A DNA stretch of 64,000 nt from an uncultured Clostridium sp. (GTDB taxonomy: Bacteria > Bacillota_I > Bacilli_A > RF39 > UBA660), in the NCBI GenBank assembly GCA_964475905.1, contig CAYYXX010000001.1, positions 2,989 to 66,988 on the forward strand, given 5' to 3'. Below the pieces are notes generated by a model. The model was not told the DNA's origin and made no database searches. It saw nothing but the letters and a program-made list of their open reading frames with translations. The position numbers and the translations under genes were made by a program. Shown in pieces: positions 60,336 through 64,000 of the stretch. Position 1 is the stretch's first letter; each line of letters starts with the position of its first letter.

Positions 60336-61349
60336 ATGAAAAATATATATAATTTAACATTAAAAGAATTAGAAGAATACTTTATAAGTATAAATGAAAA
60401 ACCATTTAGAGCAGTACAAGTATATGAAGGACTATATAAAAAAAGATATACATCCTTTGATGAAATGACAAATATAAGTAAAGAATTAAGAGAAACATTA
60501 AAAAAAGATTTTTCTATAAATAAAATAAAAATACTAATAAAACAAGAAGGAGACAAAGTAATTAAATACTTATTTGAATTAGAAGATCAAAACAAAATAG
60601 AATCTGTCCTAATGTTTCACGATTATGGAATAAGTATATGTGTATCATCACAAGTAGGTTGTAATATGACATGTGCTTTTTGTGAAAGTGGTAGACTAAA
60701 AAAAGTAAGAAATCTATTAGCATATGAAATAGTACAGCAGATACTCCTAATAGAAGAAGATATAAAAAAGAGAATAACCCATGTAGTAGTTATGGGAATA
60801 GGAGAACCATTTGATAATTATGAAAATGTATTAAAATTTGTTAAAATAATCAATAGCGGAAAAGGAATAGATATAGGATCAAGACATATAACAATATCAA
60901 CATGTGGTATAATATCAGGTATAAAAAAATTTACCGAAGAATCTGGTCAAGTAAATTTAGCAATAAGTTTACATGCTCCCAATGACGAACTAAGAAGTAG
61001 AATAATGCCTATAAATAAAGCATATCCTTTAAATGATTTAATAGAAGCAATCAAAGAATACATAAAAAAAACAAACCGTAGAGTAACATTTGAATATATA
61101 ATGTTAGATAACATCAACGATAGTGAAGAAAATGCCAAAGAATTAGCAAAATTATTAAAAGGCTTAAATTGTTATGTAAATATAATACCATATAATGAAA
61201 CAGAAAATATTGAGTTCAAAAGAACAAAAGAGTGGAAAATTATGAAGTTTTATGATATACTAAAGAAAAATAAGATAAATGTAACAATAAGAAAAGAATT
61301 TGGTGGTACAGTTGATGCTGCATGCGGACAACTAAGAGCCAATAATTAA
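60336..61349 (+). CDS. rlmN: 23S rRNA/tRNA (adenine2503-C2)-methyltransferase RlmN
   Basis: Radical-SAM CNMTCAFC and C-terminal Cys. Start at ATG 60336 by N-terminal homology; the track begins at GTG 60327. Confidence 0.9.
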   Translation: MKNIYNLTLKELEEYFISINEKPFRAVQVYEGLYKKRYTSFDEMTNISKELRETLKKDFSINKIKILIKQEGDKVIKYLFELEDQNKIESVLMFHDYGISICVSSQVGCNMTCAFCESGRLKKVRNLLAYEIVQQILLIEEDIKKRITHVVVMGIGEPFDNYENVLKFVKIINSGKGIDIGSRHITISTCGIISGIKKFTEESGQVNLAISLHAPNDELRSRIMPINKAYPLNDLIEAIKEYIKKTNRRVTFEYIMLDNINDSEENAKELAKLLKGLNCYVNIIPYNETENIEFKRTKEWKIMKFYDILKKNKINVTIRKEFGGTVDAACGQLRANN

Positions 61350-61364
61350 AAGGAAGTGAAAAAA

Positions 61365-62105
61365 ATGCAAACATTTTATATGACTGATGCAGGAAAAGTA
61401 AGAACGCATAATGAAGACAGTGTAATAATAAAAAGTAATAAAAATAACGAATTCATTCTCGCTGTAGCAGATGGAATGGGTGGACATAAAGCTGGAGAAA
61501 TAGCCTCAAATATAGCTATAGAAGAAACTATTAAAAGCTTTGAAAGTATGGAAACAATAGGAAAAAAAGAAGAAGGAATAGACTGGCTTAGAAAGATCGT
61601 AAAAGAAATAAATGAAAAAATATTTTCTTATACCTCTCTTCATCCAGAAAGTAAAGGAATGGGAACAACACTAGTAATAGCCATAAAAACAGATGACTAT
61701 ATTTTATACGGAAATATAGGAGATTCATCAGGTTATGTTATAAAAAATGCAAAATTACATAAAGTAACCAAAGATCATACCCTAGTAAATTTACTTGTAT
61801 CAACAGGTGAATTAACTCAAGAACAAGCCAAATTCCATCCAAGAAAAAATCTATTAACTAGGGCACTAGGAGCAAATGATCCAATAGAAATAGATATTTT
61901 TGATGTAGATAATAATATAGATGGTTTATTTTTATGTAGTGATGGCTTAACCAATATGGTAACAGATGAACAAATAGAAAAAGTATTAAATAGTAAATCA
62001 TCAATAGAAGAACAAGTAGAGAAACTAATTAAAAAAAGTAATATAAGGGGTGGAACAGATAATATTTCAATAGCTTATCTAAAAAAAGAAAGTGGTGATA
62101 GATAA
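61365..62105 (+). CDS. stp: PP2C-family Ser/Thr protein phosphatase (Stp/PrpC)
   Basis: TDAGKVRTHNEDS ... ADGMGGH ... PP2C motifs; overlaps the kinase gene (ATGA). Confidence 0.85.
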   Translation: MQTFYMTDAGKVRTHNEDSVIIKSNKNNEFILAVADGMGGHKAGEIASNIAIEETIKSFESMETIGKKEEGIDWLRKIVKEINEKIFSYTSLHPESKGMGTTLVIAIKTDDYILYGNIGDSSGYVIKNAKLHKVTKDHTLVNLLVSTGELTQEQAKFHPRKNLLTRALGANDPIEIDIFDVDNNIDGLFLCSDGLTNMVTDEQIEKVLNSKSSIEEQVEKLIKKSNIRGGTDNISIAYLKKESGDR

Positions 62106-63868
62106 TGTTAACAAAAGGTCAAAAAATAAATGATCGTTATGAAATAATAAAAACAATAGGTGAAGGAGGAATGGCAAATGTATATCTAGCAGAAGATACC
62201 ATTCTTGAAAGAAAAGTAGCCATTAAAGTTTTAAGAGGAGATCTTTCAAATGATGAAAAATTCATTCGTCGTTTTAAAAGAGAAGCACTATCAGTATCTA
62301 ATCTATCTCATCCAAACATTGTTGAAGTATATGATGTAGGAGAAGAAGAAGGAAACTATTATATAGTAATGGAATATATAGAAGGAAAAACCTTAAAACA
62401 ACTACTTCAAAAAAGAGGAGCATTAACCTTAACCGAAGTAATTGATATCATGAGTCAACTAGCAGATGGCTTATCTCATGCTCACGAAGCCTATATTATT
62501 CACCGTGATATAAAACCACAAAATATAATGATTGAAGATAACGGAAGAATAAAAATAACTGATTTCGGTATAGCTATGGCATTAAATTCAACACAACTTA
62601 CACAAACAAATTCGGTAATGGGATCTGTCCACTACCTACCACCAGAGCAGGCCAATGGGAAAGGATCAACTGTAAAAAGTGATATATATTCCCTAGGTAT
62701 ATTAATGTATGAATTATTAACCGGATCTGTACCATTCAAAGGTGATACCGCAGTAGAAATAGCCTTAAAACACATGAAAGAAAAAATACCAAGTATAAGA
62801 AAGCAAAATCCTACCATACCACAATCAATAGAAAATATTATCCTAAAATCAACAGCAAAAAATCCCAAAAACAGATATGATACAGTAAGAGAAATGTATA
62901 ATGACTTACAAAGTGCTATGGAAAAAGATAATGAAAAAAGACTAGTATACGAATATCCAGAAAATGATCTAGAAGAGACCAAAGTTATTACTCCAGTTCC
63001 TAAAGAACCAAAAAAATCAGTAGTAGATAAACCAATAGAAAAAGAAGAAGATACTTCTGTCTTAAAAGAAACAGAAGAAAAAAACAGATTACCAATAATC
63101 TTAGCAGGAGTTCTTCTAGTAATATTAATAGCCTTAGCCCTAGTATATCTACTAATAAGTAATCATGATGTTAAAGAAGTAAAAGTACCAAATGTATCAG
63201 GCTTAACAATAGAAGAAGCCATAAAAGAAATAGAGAAAAAAGGCTTAAAATACACAACAAAAGATGAAGAAAATGCTGATATAGAAGAGGGAAAAGTAAT
63301 AAGAACCGAGCCAAAAGCAGGATCAACTAAAACAAAAGGAAGTACAATTACAATAGTAGAATCAACAGGTAAAGAGTATCTTCTTCTAGAAGATTATACA
63401 GGGAAAAATTATTATGAAATAAAAGCAAAATTAGAATTAAAAGGTATAAAAGTAGAAATGAAAAATAAAGAAGTAAAAGACACTTCAGAATATAAAGATA
63501 AAGAAGATCAAATAATCGATCAAGAACCAAAATTTGATGCAGAAAAAGAAACAAAATTATATGCCAAAGATACCGTAGTACTATATATACCTGAAGTAGA
63601 TGTATATCCAGATATGGTAAAAGAAAAATGGACATTATCAAAAGTCCAAGAATTTGCTAAAGATAATAATATAACCTTAGATATAACATATAAAGAAACT
63701 ACAGATGTAGAAGAAAATATAATATTATCACAAGGCAGAGAACCGGGAGATCCTATCTATAACGGTTATACCCTAAAAGTAACAATATCAAAAAAACCAG
63801 AAGAAAAAGAAGAACCAACAGATCCATTAATGCCAAAAGATGATAAGAAAGAAGAACCAGTAGAATAG
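62105..63868 (+). CDS. prkC: Ser/Thr protein kinase with extracellular PASTA repeats (PknB/PrkC)
   Basis: Hanks kinase domain (HRDIKPQN, DFG), a TM helix and PASTA repeats. Confidence 0.9.
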   Translation: MLTKGQKINDRYEIIKTIGEGGMANVYLAEDTILERKVAIKVLRGDLSNDEKFIRRFKREALSVSNLSHPNIVEVYDVGEEEGNYYIVMEYIEGKTLKQLLQKRGALTLTEVIDIMSQLADGLSHAHEAYIIHRDIKPQNIMIEDNGRIKITDFGIAMALNSTQLTQTNSVMGSVHYLPPEQANGKGSTVKSDIYSLGILMYELLTGSVPFKGDTAVEIALKHMKEKIPSIRKQNPTIPQSIENIILKSTAKNPKNRYDTVREMYNDLQSAMEKDNEKRLVYEYPENDLEETKVITPVPKEPKKSVVDKPIEKEEDTSVLKETEEKNRLPIILAGVLLVILIALALVYLLISNHDVKEVKVPNVSGLTIEEAIKEIEKKGLKYTTKDEENADIEEGKVIRTEPKAGSTKTKGSTITIVESTGKEYLLLEDYTGKNYYEIKAKLELKGIKVEMKNKEVKDTSEYKDKEDQIIDQEPKFDAEKETKLYAKDTVVLYIPEVDVYPDMVKEKWTLSKVQEFAKDNNITLDITYKETTDVEENIILSQGREPGDPIYNGYTLKVTISKKPEEKEEPTDPLMPKDDKKEEPVE

Positions 63869-63877
63869 GAAAAAAAT

Positions 63878-64000
63878 ATGGAAGGAATAATAATAAAAAA
63901 CGAAAGTAATAATTATACAGTAAAAACAAAAAAAGGTATCAATGTCTGCAAACCAAGAGGTAAATTTAGAATAGAAAAAATAACTCCCTTAGTAGGAGAC
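63878..64000 (+). CDS. rsgA: ribosome small-subunit-dependent GTPase RsgA, N-terminal fragment; continues past the window end
   Basis: MEGIIIKNESNNYTVKTKKG...CKPRGKFR OB-fold N-terminus; conserved stp-prkC-rsgA order. Confidence 0.7.
   Translation, partial: MEGIIIKNESNNYTVKTKKGINVCKPRGKFRIEKITPLVGD

Noticed and set aside
1-64000. CRISPR arrays, rRNA/tRNA genes, transposases or integrases
   Set aside because: No regularly spaced direct repeats with unique spacers, no tRNA cloverleaf-like GC-rich islands, and no transposase, integrase or recombinase-like ORFs were seen, even inside the repeat-flanked island.

Overview
This window is an AT-rich (about 25-30% GC), low-GC Gram-positive chromosomal segment that appears to span the replication-origin region. 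All genes from 1 to 22262 lie on the minus strand: secA (N-terminus), hpf, valS, gmk, dnaE, dnaI, dnaB-like, cspA and parB/parA. From 22491 onward nearly all genes lie on the plus strand: rpmH-rnpA-yidC-jag-mnmE-mnmG-rsmG-noc, then spoIIR, mntP-like, murA, rpmE, ltaS, clpP (minus), htrA, tsaEB-rimI-tsaD, pcrA, rlmN, stp-prkC and rsgA. The strand switch sits at rpmH, but dnaA/dnaN are absent and parAB diverge from rpmH where dnaA is normally found. spoIIR, cwlD, YjcZ-like peptides and an orphan histidine kinase suggest an endospore former. The main accessory content is:
- a complete agr-type quorum-sensing locus (LytTR regulator plus AgrC-like kinase, convergent with agrB plus an unannotated 37-aa AgrD propeptide);
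- a roughly 4.1-kb island with atypical codon usage (XRE regulator, Ca2+ P-type ATPase, unknown protein) bounded by 77-bp direct repeats that reconstitute the 3' end of a uridine-kinase-like gene;
- a family of 3'-intergenic hairpins with a conserved CCTAAGGT loop;
- a holin-amidase pair and a stand-alone Abi_2 protein;
- tandem unannotated YjcZ-like micro-peptides.
No CRISPR array, rRNA/tRNA gene, transposase or integrase was seen.
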